Notes under the pieces: model-generated
Database searches by the model: none
What the model saw: only the letters and a program-made list of their open reading frames with translations
What the model was told of the DNA's origin: nothing
Program-made: the position numbers and the translations under genes
NCBI GenBank assembly: GCA_030704615.1
Contig: CM060732.1
Coordinates: 57,846,001 to 57,910,000 of the forward strand
DNA from: Takakia lepidozioides
Lineage: Eukaryota; Plantae; Bryophyta
Reading direction: 5' to 3'
DNA: 64,000 nt
Part shown: positions 1 to 13,360 of the stretch, piece after piece
Layout of the letters: each line of letters starts with the position of its first letter
Position numbering within the stretch: the first letter of the stretch is position 1

Positions 1-77
1 TCAATACATATACATAATTCCCACCTGACCATGTCCTATGTCATAGGCAATGTACACTATGACCTCTTCAATCATTA

Positions 78-410
78 GGGGGAGGTAAAAGACGTGCTCA
101 ATCAATACTCTGCATACTTCTCCATCATCAATGTAATTGACATAGAATAAGCGCAATTTTAGTGCTTTAAAAGCTATTCAGCTGGCAATTGTGTCTGAAA
201 ATCTCAGCATTCCCTAGCAACCTAGTCAAATCTCTGTAAGAGAATGTATACAGTATCAACTCCACAATTTACAAGGGGGAGGTAACAGGTGTACTCAAGC
301 AACACTCTGCTTCTCCACCGTCAATCCAGTGGACGTAAAATAGGTTCTTTAACTGCTAGTTGTGGCTCTGATCATCTCATCATTTCAATGCAATCCAGTC
401 GAATCCATCC
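78..410. repeat. Degenerate tandem duplication (~190-200 bp period) in ABCA intron 1
   Basis: ggggaggtaa..gtgctcaatcaatactctgc..ttctcca at ~78 recurs at ~276; gctggcaattgtgtctgaaaatctc at 181 recurs as gctagttgtggctctgatcatctc at ~355. Confidence 0.45.
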
Positions 411-884
411 CCCATATACACAGCATGATTAGACTATATTGTAGTCGGCAGTTCGATGGTCAGAGGATTTCAACTAAAGTAAAGAAGACGGTCTGTCAAT
501 TGTGCTGACGCAGAGCGTTTCAGCTGGTGCTCTAAATTATACAAGGGCGTAAGCCACATATTCGCACAAATCCACTTCAACGGCCAAGAAATCGAGTTTC
601 CTTCGAAGGGATGCCACCAGGTGTTGGTCTCATACGATTCAGGAAGAGATTCCTGTGCAGAGTTGGAAGGTCAAGAACACCTTGATTCAAAATTTAGCTG
701 ATCCATAGAGATACAGTCTACAATGCCAAACAAGCTCCACACACATACGCATGACTGACAATGAGCATGGCGTGACACAGGAAGAAACAGAAACACAGGT
801 ACAAAAAAAGAAAATGATCCACTCCCGTCAAGCTCACAATTAACTTCCACCAACTCTACAACAGATCTTGCAAAATCTATATAC

Positions 885-980
885 CTGGAATGTCAAATTC
901 TTCCGAAACAGCGCATTGGCCTGCGTACCATACCCCGTCCTTCTCTGCGGCTGGCCCTCCATCGCCTGCGACGTCTCCAT
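885..980 (-). CDS. ABC transporter subfamily A (ABCA7/ATH-like), first coding exon; gene continues beyond the left window edge
   Basis: ATG at 980 reads METSQAMEGQPQRRTGYGTQANALFRKNLTFQ, followed by a GT donor (CAG|GTATA). TQANAL.RKNLT(F/Y)Q is the conserved N-terminus of plant ABCA3-ABCA9-type proteins. Not in the ORF track because it is under 60 aa. Confidence 0.75.
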
Positions 981-3900
981 TGCAACGATAGTCCGCTGCC
1001 CTCCCCCTGCATTCCTTATTCCCAGAGTAGCAGCGAGGAAAGAGAGACGAAGACACAGGAAAGAGAGTCGACGACATACGCATCCTTATGACCCGGTCAC
1101 GGTTTCCGTTACTTGCGTCGCTAACCACGATCGGTTGCTTAGTTACTCGTGAGTCGTGACCCTCCAACTTAGAACAAGAATGCACGAATGCACAACATTT
1201 ATTAACGCTTTCTAAATTACAAATCTGTTTTTTACTTAAGAACATTACTCTCTTTCAATAAGATTCCAATAATTATAAATAAAGTTCGTGCAGGGCCTCA
1301 GTCCCCTTCCAAAAAACAAAAAAAAACAAAAAAAAACAATCCTGTTACCCAGTCGGGTGTGGTTTGATTTTCTCCCTTTCCCTTGGGCGGTGTCCCTGGA
1401 GCCTGCTCGGCGCCTCATGGCGAGGTTACTATGAAAGAGGTTATTTTCTACTCTCTTGTATATTTATTTATTTTAATGTATATGACTTCTACAAAAGCAA
1501 GCGTAAATTATGGTGTCTCTTGACCCCAAGGGCTACTGTTCCGGAGGGAAGGTGGGGGACACCTTTGTAGCTCCCTGGTATTTCCCTTTTTTTTTGTTTT
1601 CTCCACGAGGGGACAGTGGCCCTCAAAACTTTCATTTCCCTTTCATTTATTAAAAAACAAAATTAAATTTGAAAACAAAATTAAATCGATTGTTGTGTTT
1701 AAGAACAGCTTCGGTAATCATCTTTTTCTTTGAGTTTAGTATCTTCTTCTCCTGTTATTATACTAGTTGCTTTAGTCTCTCCTCTTCTCTCCTCCTCGAG
1801 CCACGCCACTCCTTCCTCTTTGGGCTCTTTATAGATCGCCCACCTGCTCGATAAGATAAAGGCTGCAGAGGCGATGCTCGAGTGCGTGAGGTCCCAAGAA
1901 GATAGGCCCGTGTACTTGCCAGTACATTCCAGTTCATACCCACCATGTTGGGACACCATGGCCGGAGGCTGCTTGTCGGTAGCAGCAAGAGGGCCACATT
2001 CGAAGCCATGGGAAGCAAGCAGGAAGCAGCATGCGTTGATTACACGGGCATTTGCTAATCCATACTTGCGCCTTCTCTACATTTTGTGCAGCCAGGTCAA
2101 CAATCTGGTGACTTTGTTGTTGTACCCACGGCCGATTGTAGTGTAAGCGGTCAATGAGAACATCCACATTTGACTTCAAACTTCTACACACACCCTCGAA
2201 TTATCTCTTGGTAACTACAGCCTGTGGCGCTGCTTCTGTCCAAGAACATGCCATAATTTCAGTCCAGTGACGCACCTCAAAATCCAGCAGTCCTCAGGGG
2301 ATAATTGGTATTAGGGTATGTTGGCCTACGACCGTACAAATAACGATGGTGAAAAATCTAACGGTGAATTTTTGTCATTTTTACCTCAGGTAAATTTCAT
2401 AAGGTGTCCCACATATGGGGCAACCTACAAACTTGGAACTATTTGATTTCAAGAATCCTACACAAATTTGTAGGGTTTCAAAGTCGAACCAATTAGAATG
2501 CTTGTATACACCAAGTGCCCTATGACCAATCACACTTTTGTGGGGGTTACATCAAATGATTGTTTACCAAGTGGCAAAAATGGACAGTCTTGGGACCAGC
2601 ACTGCATGGTCATAGGTTGGTCATAGGTACTGACAGAAGCGTTAATGGGGTGTTCGGTCATAGGCCAAGTTACCCTATGGCTGGTATGAAAAAACTGATA
2701 TCAGCCTGGTCTGACACATGACCAAGTATTTTCCAAAATGATACCAGATTGGTGTGGTATCTAATTCAGTGCATATACCAATACATATACCAGTCCTTCA
2801 CCTACATACCAGTCCAACACTCCAACACTGGACTTCACCTAATAAGGAATGTGTCACTCTGGAAATTCTACATATTCCGTTCGATCTAGACCACTCAATC
2901 CATCCATCACTATCCATCACCCACACAGTTCCAAGAAAATACAGGACTGCACATGGTTCCAAAAAATGGCGGGACACACATTTGTCACGTAATGTCAAAC
3001 CTAAACCTAACCCTAGAACATGTTTTTGCAAGTAGCCGACATATATCGAGTTCCTAATTCATTCAACATATTGTTAGGCAAATTTGAACCCAAAACCTCT
3101 AGATTATACACATAATAAAACACTTCATGCTAACCAACATATCAATTATTGAACTTACACATAGTCTTATGATTTAATTGTACATAAGGTAGTTCATGTG
3201 AGAGTTGTTCGTCGCGACCTCAAAGCGACGCTCCTTGCGTCGCTTTTCCTGCACCCTCTACTGCAAAAACCAAAAAATGGTCCAGTCATTTTTAGGCGTT
3301 GCTACAAAAGGCTTATCAAAAAAAAAACTCAAGAACAACGCCCAGGGCGTCGCATTCAAAATGTGATTTTATTATTATTATTATTTCCCCTCCCATGGTG
3401 CTTGAAGCTACGACGCGGCGCACCAGAGGCCGACCCCCAGTGCGTCGCAGCCCAGCAAGTAATTTTGCGGAGTTCTTTTGCAATTTTATTCTATCACTGT
3501 GCAGCAGAAATCACATTTGCTTTTGGATCACCTAGCTCTTTATGAGCAATGTGCTTGGATTTGATGAGAGCCAATACATGTGCATACTCCCAATCTCGCG
3601 ACGTTTTTTTTATATTTTAGTCCATTGCAACGCCTGAGGCGTCGCAATGGAGGACTTGGCCAAAACATGCCTAAGGTGAGTAAGAGCCCATCTTCCCTTC
3701 CCTCTATCTTTTGGGCTACATTTGATGTTTGAGAACTAGCCCCTGAAGCATTGTCCATCGTGACAATTTTACCGACCACGAGTGCGTAGAAGATGAGTGT
3801 GCAAAACATGAAAAAAGACCACTACGATGATTGGTATATTATCAGTTGAGTGCTTATGTTGATAACATGCATGCAAACTTATGGGCAAAAATCCACAAAT

Positions 3901-6379
3901 ATTCAAAAGATTTCATCTCCCCGTGGGCCAGAACAAAAAAAAAAAAAACTCTGGCCAAAGCCGGCATAACCCGCCATTTACCACCACCCCGCCTACCTAC
4001 AAGTGATAAGGATATAGTTAAGGATGACATATCAGCATCTATGTCAATAACCAATCGTAATGCTTTTGTATGTGTGAACAGAGATAATTGAATGCACTTT
4101 ATGACACCCGCAATCACCAGATGTGAACGTACCTTTAGTGAATTGTCTTTTGTTTTGTTCCTCCTACATGTAGTTGGTTTGGAACATATCCTTGGAATTT
4201 CTTCCACTAGAATGAGTCCGCCACGCAGGATAGACGTTGTGCATCTTCATTCCCATACGCTCATGTTGACGATGAATTTGACAATGAGAATGATGGAGAT
4301 TGAAATCAAGATCATGAGCTAGAGTATATCTATAGGTTTAAACATTCAAAAGTTTCTCTCTTTTGCCACAAATTGTTGTGCGAGGACAACGGAGCACTAT
4401 TGGTCTAGTAATTGATTACAAACTCCATAATCCCTATTTTTTGTGCTTATTATAGCCAGGGATTCCGACTATGTGGTACCCTTACATCTCTAAAAGAACT
4501 CTTGTTCACAAGGTATAAGTTGACATAAGTTATTGTTTTTTATTCATAAAGTTATAAGCCTTTGAAAGTTTTAATTGTTTCTTTTTGGATTGCTGGAGCT
4601 GTAGGCAAATGACGAGTCATGATCTCTAGGACCCTAAATAGCACTAGTTGGAGTGCACCTATGTACTCCAAACCATCATATTATCAACAGTATTATTCAT
4701 GATGTAGAGCGTTCAAAAACTTTGCACAGTCCTAGGATCCAAGTCCGTGTATCGCACAAGAGAATTAAGCAAGGTTAAAACCTTAAAACCACAAGATACA
4801 AGATGTGAATGAATGAATAAAATTCATTAACTTGCATGCATTAGTTGCCAAATGACCTAGTCCATGACAATCTTTCTAGCAAGATCCCTGTCTTTAGAAG
4901 ACTTTGGACTAACAAAAAAAATCCTCAATTTTATTATCTGCAATTATCTGAAACTAATATATATATTGCACATCCCTGCTTGCCTTTAGCAAATCACTCG
5001 ATCATGAGCAAATGGACGAAAGGCCAATGAGCCACGCTCACTAGAAGATGGTTTGATCTACGGAGTATATATTGCCATAGGGTGCAATCTGTAATCACAC
5101 TTCGAGTACGAGTGACATGGGGAAGCTCTAACAAGTTTTAGGGGTGAGGTGGAGCTCAAACGGACAGATGCTCTCTCGGGAAATGTATGTAGAAGCACGT
5201 ACCACAAACTTTTCTAGTGATCATCGAGCCGAGTGGTGGTGCAAATTGCATGGCCGGTCTTGATACGGTTACACATATTGGATGAAGTTTATGGGGCGCC
5301 AACACTTAAATGTTCAATAACTAGGAAGGGAGCCTACTCTTCTTAGAGGTGACGATTGTCTACCCTCACTATCTTCCATTGCTCAAAGTCTGACAATGTT
5401 CAAGGAATCCCCCGGCTTGCACACACATTGTAGCAAACTGCAAAGATCTTCATGCGCCCAAAACATCTCAGCGCTAGATAATGACATGCAAGAAGAGACT
5501 TGGAAAACATAGCGGTATATAGTGGAAACTGTGGCATGATCGTGATCGAAATTGTTGCATTTGAAGGCCACCAGCGAGCTCCCCAACGAAAAAAGATCAG
5601 CTAGACATGTGTACTATTGGACATAAAGTCAAGGAGGTTCTCGTTTCACATGCACTATTGCCTTTAGCCCCGCTTGAACCTCGGAGGAAGTAGGAGGGAA
5701 GTACGGCCCACGTGCACAATATGTTGTTTATCTTACCTTGGGAGGGACTCGGGAGGGCCTCTCATGTGGTTGAGTACCCACCACCTGTACACTGCATCGA
5801 CATGCGTCGAATGAAGACTAAGTTACGGTAACTTAGCCATACTACAATTCCACTCAGTCCAATGGCTTTGCCAAGGCCCGGACCAATTGAGCCGGTCACT
5901 TGACAAATGGTGGGTCCGCGGGAGGGATATTTGAGTCAAGAGAGATGAGCAATAATGCAATGTGCACAAAGGCGACCTTCACAACAGGTAGAAGAGACAT
6001 GACAACAGGTGAAAAGCGATTACAGATATCACCCATGAACTCTGGCGTCAAATTCCCAGATATTGCACTCGCTGATGTCGGTCACCGACATCTGGGCGCC
6101 GGCTAAACTTAACGCATAGAAGCAAGTCGTCATTTTGTCATCTAGTGCCAACTTGGCCAATTGCCGATACATGGAAGTCCAATGGAAGTTGGCCCCATGT
6201 CCCTAGAACTAAGTCCCTAGATTTGAGCTTTGGTAATCACAATAACTTTATTTTTGTATAGGGATTCGAACCCTTATAGCTATCCATTCTAGAATACAAA
6301 ATTATGGCCTTTAAGATTAACCGTAAACTTTAAAGGGTAAAGAAAATGGAGTTTATTGAAAAATAATATGATAAAATAT

Positions 6380-6501
6380 CCTCTAAGGATATAAATAGGA
6401 TTCCTTAGAGCGGATATAAATAATAATTCATCTATTTCATTTTTTCCCGCTCTGAGAAATCCTTAGAGCAGATATTTAAAAAAAATTGATGTTGAAAATT
6501 T
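6380..6501. repeat. Unclassified AT-rich interspersed repeat with ctctaagga/tccttagagcgg inverted motifs; right flank of the chromovirus insertion
   Basis: The same family occurs at ~31750-32130, 32345-32420, 34140-34340 and 35203-35615. Confidence 0.7.
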
Positions 6502-7150
6502 TGTCAATGACGAGAACATGACTGAACACAAACAAGAGATCAGACTAGAGGTACAAGATTAGACAAGAAGTCAAGGTCGGCGTGGCCGAATGCATGGTAG
6601 GTGAACATGAATCAAGATGATCTTTATAACAATGGACAAGAGTACAAAATACTGGAACTCGACTCGGATACTGGAATGCTGGAAACTGGATTAGAATACC
6701 AAATACTGGAAACTGGACTAGATACTGGAAACTGTACTGGAATACTGAATTTGGAATAAGAGTAGCTTGAACTTGTGTTGGCGAGACTGAAGAGTGTCCA
6801 GTCTCGCCTCTTATATATACTGGCTACTAAGAAGCTTCCCTAAGAAGCTTCCCCTATGGAGGTTGCTTGCTGGAGAAGTTTCCAAGATTAAACAAAGGTT
6901 TATTGATGGAGAAGCTTCCATAAACAAATGAGGTATCTTGATAGAGAAGTTTCCTCCAAATGAAGCTTCCTGAGCAGTTTCCCAAGTTACTCTTGGTAAT
7001 TTGGTAAACTCCCGGTAACTTGGTAAGTAATGGTAAATCATGATAAATCATGGTAAATCACGGTAAGTCATGGTAACTTTTGGTAACATGGTAATTTGGT
7101 AATTTCTGGTATTTACTATTGGTTAGTTCCTCTAGACTATGTCCGTGATA
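6502..7150 (-). repeat. 3' LTR (649 bp) of a Tcn1/Tf1-like chromovirus
   Basis: Reverse complement aligns end to end with 35616-36264. Termini T(A)TCA...TGACA. Preceded on the minus strand by polypurine tract GAGGGGGTGA (7151-7160). Confidence 0.92.
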
Positions 7151-7205
7151 TCACCCCCTCATTTAGCGCCGAGATCCTCAAGGAGCGGTAAAATCTTGGA
7201 CTTGC

Positions 7206-7607
7206 TTAGAGTTGAGAAAATCCAAAATCCGGCGAATAGTACTTGCCAAGTATTCGACTCTTCGTTCTTGACTCAAATGATTTATAGGTCCCTGCAACCA
7301 TCGACATGTGTCCAACACCTTGAACTTGGGACCACGCAGTGATTTGAACATTCTGATTTTTGAAACTGCCTTCAAACATGATTTCATTGCCCTCTGGGTC
7401 CGAAGCCTCAACCTCCAACAAAATTATCAAACTTCGAGTAGGCTCCATTTGCCGTCGTACGGGGTCCAGACGAAGAAGTACGCGTCGCATTGGTGGCCCA
7501 TCGTCTCGAGAGCGTCGGCGTGATGTTGAAGGTCGTGAGAGTCGGAACGACTGATCTGGTAGCTGGGTAAGCGACAACTCCAATGTATCTGGTTCCTACG
7601 ACTCCAT
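7206..7607 (-). pseudogene. Extra ORF of unknown function in the chromovirus 3' region
   Basis: ATG GAG TCG TAG GAA... at 7607 is in frame with the 125-aa ORF 7206-7583. TATATATA at 7646-7653 lies ~40 nt upstream. Located between the pol stop (7754) and the PPT. Confidence 0.4.
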
Positions 7608-8896
7608 ATTGCCAATACAAGATGCAAGAGTGCTGGAAGTGTAGCTATATATACTCATGTGTGGTGCTCCTCCCTCCTTAGCGTGTATCAGGTACATTGA
7701 ATGTGGAGTCTTCACCTTGAAGCTAACTTGGCTGACATCATCGTTGTGACGTCTTATTGACGTGTAGCTCGGGACTTAGCTGGATATCGTTGATGAAACT
7801 CTTGGACTTTGTCAGATGCATTGGCGAGGTTGGATGAAGGTTCCCACGTTCGTTCGCTGATATCGTAGCCTTTCCAATGTACGAAATACTCAAGACGTTT
7901 ATACTTGATGCGAGAGTCTAGGACTTCGTCGACTTCATACTCAATTTTCTGATTGACTTCGATTAGTGGAGGTAGTACGGAAACTCTCCTTGGAATATTC
8001 GATGGATGATACAACTCCAATAATGAAATATGAAAGACTGGATGGATGCACATACTTCGTGAGAGTTCAAGCCGAAAACTGATCAGATTTATTTGTCGAA
8101 TAATTTTGAATGGGCCCAGGCGTTGATAATCCAACTTCCTTGATGGTCGCGAGGTTTGTATGTCCCGTCGAAGAAGCCACATACGATCTCCGACTTTGAA
8201 CTAGAGTTGGAGTTGACGACGTTGATCTGCATACTCCTTGTATTGTTTTTGAGCTTCTGCGAGGTGGAATGTCAGCTCCTTGTGAATCGTAGTAAGATGA
8301 GTAGCAAAGTTTTCTACAGCAGGGCTTCCAACAGTCTTCATGTGGAAAGGGTTTGCTCGAGGATGATGACCATAATTGGAAAAAAAAATTGGAGTTTGCT
8401 GGGTCGAAGAATGTATAGTGTTATTGTAGGCAAACTCAGCCAATGACAGAAGGTCCGTCCAATTATCTTGGTGATAATTTATCGTACAGCGAAGATACTG
8501 CTCCAAAATCTGGTTTACACGTTCGGTTTGACCATCAGTCTGTGGATGATTAGCTGTAGAAAGGTTGATCTTAGTATCCAATATGTGAAATAATCCCCTC
8601 CAGAAATTTGATATGAACTATGGTCCTCGATCAGATACGATGTCTTTCGGGAGTCCATGAATGCGGTAGATATTATTGATAAAGAGTCTTGCAGTTTCCT
8701 CGCCGGTAACTGTTTTATTACATGGAATGAAATGTGTCATCTTCGTAAAACGATCTACAATAACAAGGATTGAATCAGTGGTCTTGGAGATTGGAAGGTC
8801 CGTAATAAAGTCCATAGACACAGACGACCATGGACCCTTGGGAATGGGTAATGGTTGAAGAAGGCCGTAAAGTCGATGTCGTGGTCCCTTTTGCCA

Positions 8897-9260
8897 AGTA
8901 TTGGCCTCCAAGGACCTTCAACAGTCCTCCAAACAGCCCTTAAGAAACTCCACAAATCTACCAAGTATTGGCCTCCAAGGACCTCCAATAGTCCCCAAAA
9001 GAGCTCTTAGAAAGTTCCATAAGTCTGCCCAATATGGGCCTCCAATCGTCCTCCAACTAGCCCTCACAAGGCTCCACAGGCCTGCAAAACATTGGCCTCA
9101 AAGCACCCCAAATAGTCCTTCAAACAGCCCCAAGCAGGCTCCACAAGCCTGCAAGATATTGGCTTCAATAGACCCCAAATAGTCCTCAAAGCAGGCCCCA
9201 ATACCTGCAAGATATTGGGACATGCAGAAGATGGGTTTCTGCGGGTGAGAATTTTTTGAC
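8897..9260. repeat. Foreign tandem-repeat fragment plus filler inserted in the chromovirus integrase N-terminus
   Basis: ~47-62 bp units (ttggcctccaaggacc.., caggccccaatacctgcaagatattgg) match 37868-37940. It replaces the residues expected between ELISRD and AKGPRHR. Confidence 0.75.
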
Positions 9261-11754
9261 TGGTCCCTGGATATCAATTCCATTGTTTTGTTGAAGCCGA
9301 AATGTCTGCAGCCGGAAGATCATGACATGTTTGAAGAATTCGAAGTCGTGTAGGTCCTGGAGGTACATAGAGAAGTCCCTTGAAATAAAGTAAGTCATCT
9401 TTGAGCTCGAAGTCGTTTGTAACATGTAGGTTCTCTCGAGGTTGATTTAGTTGACTTCGTAGTGTCATAGCGAATTGGTCGCTCTTCAGTGCTTCCTGAA
9501 TCTCTTTTATGATCTCGGCATCGTCATAGATGGACATGGATATCATATTCAATTGGAGATTTGCTGGTTTCAAGATGATGGATTTCTGTTGGTCAAAAGC
9601 TGCATCCCCTTCCTTTGGCGCAAGATACGATCGTTGAGAAAGAGCATCTGATTTTCCTTGAAGATGTCCGGGACGGTAGGTAATAGCAAAATCAAACCTT
9701 GCTAGTGACATATTCCATCTCGCTTGACGTTGATTCAAAACACGAGCACTCATAAAATATTCGAGGTTTTTGTGATCGGTATAGACAATGACCTGATGTT
9801 TAGCTTCATACAATAGATGACGTCAATCCTCAAAAGCATCGATAATCGCTAGAAGTTCTTTGTCATGGATTTCATAATTGATCTCCACAGCGGAAAATTT
9901 GCAAGAACGAAAACCAACAGGGTGGAGTCGACCATCTGTACCTAGTACCGTGCCAAATGTAAAGTCCGATGCATCTGCTTCTAAGAAGAATGGTTTGCAT
10001 ATACGAGTATTGGAGCCGTTGTAAAGGTCTACTTCAGCCTTTCAAATGTCTGGTCAGCCTTCTCGTCCCATACAAATTTGTCCTTCCCTGTGAGTCGTGT
10101 CAATGGTGCAACAATTTTGGAGTAGTCATTGATAAAGATTCTATAGAAATTTGCAAAACCCCGAAAACATTGTACATCTCGGACCGAAGTTGGTTTAATC
10201 CACTCGATGATGGTTTGTATTTTTTTCTGATCCATAAAGACGTCTTTGTCGGAAATAATGTAGCCCAGAAATTCGACCTCAGATTGATGGAAAAGACATT
10301 TCTCCAACTTGACATATAGTCATCTTTATCTTAATTTATCAAGGACAAGGCGTACATGGCGGCCATGTTCTTCTTCGTTCTGTGAAAATATCAAAATGTC
10401 GTCCAAATAGATGACTACAAAGTCATCTAAAAATTCTCGAAAGATGTCATTCATCATATGTTGGAAAATTACTGGAGCATTTGTAAGACCGAAAGGCATA
10501 ACACTGTATTCAAAATGTCCATACCTTGTTCGAAAAGTTGTTTTCCATTCGTCTCCTTCTTTTATCCGTACAAGATTGTAAGCTCCTCTCAAGTCGATTT
10601 TGATGAAAATCTTTGCTCGTCCCAGCTGGTCAAGAAGGCCAGAAATCAGCGGCAACGGATAACGATTCTTGATTGTGACTTTGTTAAGACCGCGATAGTC
10701 GACACACATGCGTAATGATCCGTCCTTCTTTTTCACAAATAAGATAGGCGCCCCCGCGGGTGATTTTGAATGTCGGATGAAGTGCTTTGACAAATTTTCA
10801 TCAATGTATTCGCGTAATGCAGCCAACTCCGTCTGGGATAAGTTATAGATTGGGCCGAATGGTGGTTGGGCTCCTTATTGTAACTCAATTGTACAGTTAT
10901 AAGGTCGATGTTCTGGCAATATGTCTGCATTTTTCTTCTCGAAGACATCTTTGAAATCTTGATATTGACCGGGTAATGTTGAAGTACATTTGTCTGTTGG
11001 TGGACTGTTTGGAGTCCAAGTTTGTGAACTTCTTGAACCTCAGTGGGTCTATGTGAGGGGCTGATTGAGGGCAGATTTTAGAGTTCATGACAATAATTTG
11101 AGGGCTCTTGAGAGTTATTTGAGAGGTTATTTAAGGATAGTCTTATCTATTGCTTGAGCAAGAGCGAGTGTGAAGATAGGGGGAGTAATGGGATGAGAGC
11201 ATTATGGGCTTAGAGATTGCTTTAGCTTCCCTTCTCTATAGTCTTCCATCATTCTTGTAGGCCAAAACTTTTCTGTAAGCGGAGACAGAGCTAGTTTGGA
11301 TAGAGACGTGGCTATCTTGCAGGTTTATTGAAGCCGCAAGGAGATCGATTGATTTAAGTTGTGGGAGGTGTTGTTGTTTGAGTTTTTTGTGTTTGGATCC
11401 TCCTCCCACACATGCATGCTTGACTGTGCACCATGCTAGTTTGGTTTGGGCGCTTGCTTTTATAGGTGGTTGTGCCGGAAATATTGTGGCCGGCCAATCC
11501 TAGAGCATGCTGTCGGTGATGAGGTTGGGGTGATGAACAGCAGATCATCATTGTTTATCTTATGGTGAGGCTGGGTTGATGACCAGCAGACCATAGGAGT
11601 GCCTGCGGTGGATGCAGGTGCAGGTGCAGGTTCAGAATAGGAACCTAGTATTCCAAACCATAAGCCGCAACAGGTTCTCTACCTGACTACCTTGTGGAAA
11701 GGGGGATTAGAGACAAGTTGATAGCCGGTTTAAGTATGAGTTTTCATCACAGAG

Positions 11755-13360
11755 GTGCCACCCGTTGCTGAGGAGAGTGTCGGTACGAGCACTAGCGATA
11801 CTAGTGGGTATACAAGACGAGGTGTGCGGTTTAGGCCACCTTCACCTTTAGTGTCTTCTGAGGAAGGTTCAGACTCAGAGTTAGGAGGATTCTCGCCGAG
11901 GGTGCAAGCCATTTCCATGCCATTGTTGTGGGATACGATGGAGGAAATGTATGGAGCTACCAAGGGGCCACGTCGGTACTCGGGAGCTGTGGGCACCATC
12001 GAGCTTGATGATTTCATACAGGAGTTTGATAGTTGGTGTGATTTGCAGCAAATGCGCAATCCACAACTGTTTACGCCTTTTATGGCGTAGAAGGGGCTGT
12101 TTCAGCACCTTGAGGGGCCGCCTATGGATGACTACCATGAGTTTAGGCGAGGAAATGAGGTGAAGATTGAGGAGTGGCGACAATATTGTTCATCTGACTA
12201 TATCTCTATCACTAGAGGCACAAGGGCAGTGGCGACACCAGCAACTATACGAACATCCCCAACTGCAAGCACTAGTAGTGGGACAAGTAAAGATGGAGTT
12301 GGGAAGTCCACTCAAGCTCCTGCTGCAGCACCAGCACCCGTGCCTGCCTTTAACCCAGTTGTGGAGTTCTTCGAGGAGTTGAGGAGAAACTACCAGGGAA
12401 TAAGGACGGAGAAATTGTGGAGCTTGCAAGAGTTCCAGCGCAAGCCTACTGAGAGTTTGAGGGAGGCTTACACGCGCATGAGTCGATTGATAAATGTGAC
12501 TCAAAGGGTTACGGAAGCTCAAGCAGTCCAATTCTAGTATGGGATATTGGACAAGGAGCTGAGGAGAAGGGTGCGGGATGCAACTCTCCTACAAGTGGCC
12601 CAACCCACCTTAGCAAACGTGTTTTTGATGGCAGAGCGGATAGAGCTCAATATAGTGGAGGAGCGAGTGGTCATGGTGGGGTTTGGTAAGGAGACACAAC
12701 GAAGTGGGGCTCCTAGCCAATAACAACCACTACCCCAACGTGCTCAAGACAACAAGGGGGCTCAGACGAAGCCTAGGGAAGGACAGAGTTGATCTCAATT
12801 GCAGAGGTCATTTCCTTCATTCTCAAGCCAACAACAGTCGGGTGTGACATGTTGGGATTGTGGAGGACCCCATGTTAAAATAGATTGCCCGGAGAGAGGC
12901 AAAGGGCCGGCACAGGCACAACCTACACAACTACAGTGTGGGCATTGTGGCAAGTATGGGCATGAGGAGGCCCATTGTTATGACTTGCATCCTTAACTAC
13001 GGCTAGGCCAGTTCCAATGGAACAATGGTGGCCGAGGACGAGGCAATGTAGTCCAGAGAGGTAGATGAGGCAGAGGTCGCGGTGGAGGTCGTAACCAAAA
13101 CCAGGGAGCACAAGGTCAAGGTCAAGGTCATGACCAAGGCATGGTGGATAGGCTTGCCCAACTAGATCAACGTCTTGCCACCATGGCCACTACGCATGTT
13201 GCGCCAGCTCCAAGGCCTGAGGTTCAAGCCCCACCCGCACAACCTCTTATGTCTAGGGAAGACCAGATTGGTATGGGCTTCATGTGTGGAGCCGCACTTG
13301 CAGGACCATTGCATGTGGACTCTGTAGCTGCTGTCACTCGAGCAACAAATGCATGCTCCT
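11755..13360 (+). pseudogene. gag of the DNMT-carrying retrotransposon
   Basis: Retrotransposon capsid-like segment (LDDFIQEFDSWC.., LQEFQRKPTESLREAYTRM) and two CCHC zinc knuckles (CWDCGGPHVKIDC, CGHCGKYGHEEAHC). In-frame stops. Confidence 0.8.

Larger units (their letters stand above)
6502..11016 (-). mobile_element. Ty3/Gypsy chromovirus (Tcn1-like), 3' half: RT-RNaseH-integrase-chromodomain-PPT-LTR, degenerate
   Basis: RT ([15 protein letters not shown]; 10326-10826), RNase H (ETDASD-like, VYTDHKNLEYF), integrase ([25 protein letters not shown]), chromodomain (EYEVDEVLDSR..EYFVHWKGY..TWEP, ~7770-7945). Multiple stops and frameshifts. Confidence 0.93.

Noticed and set aside
877-1245. 122-aa ORF in the track
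   Set aside because: Shadow frame; the real coding frame is the ABCA exon at 885-980.
4092-4170. CERTFSEL resembles the hAT dimerisation motif
   Set aside because: Too short, and no other transposase motif or TIR could be confirmed.
1340-6350. Probable old TE debris (poly-A-tailed piece, short ORFs)
   Set aside because: No family motif, termini or TSD I can support.
6811-7041. Paired ORFs at 6811-7041 and 35725-36048 with the same peptide
   Set aside because: Both lie inside the two LTR copies, so the identity reflects LTR duplication rather than coding.
11322-11340. PBS of the DNMT element
   Set aside because: The LTR end at ~11321 is tentative, and the sequence matches no tRNA 3' end I recognise.
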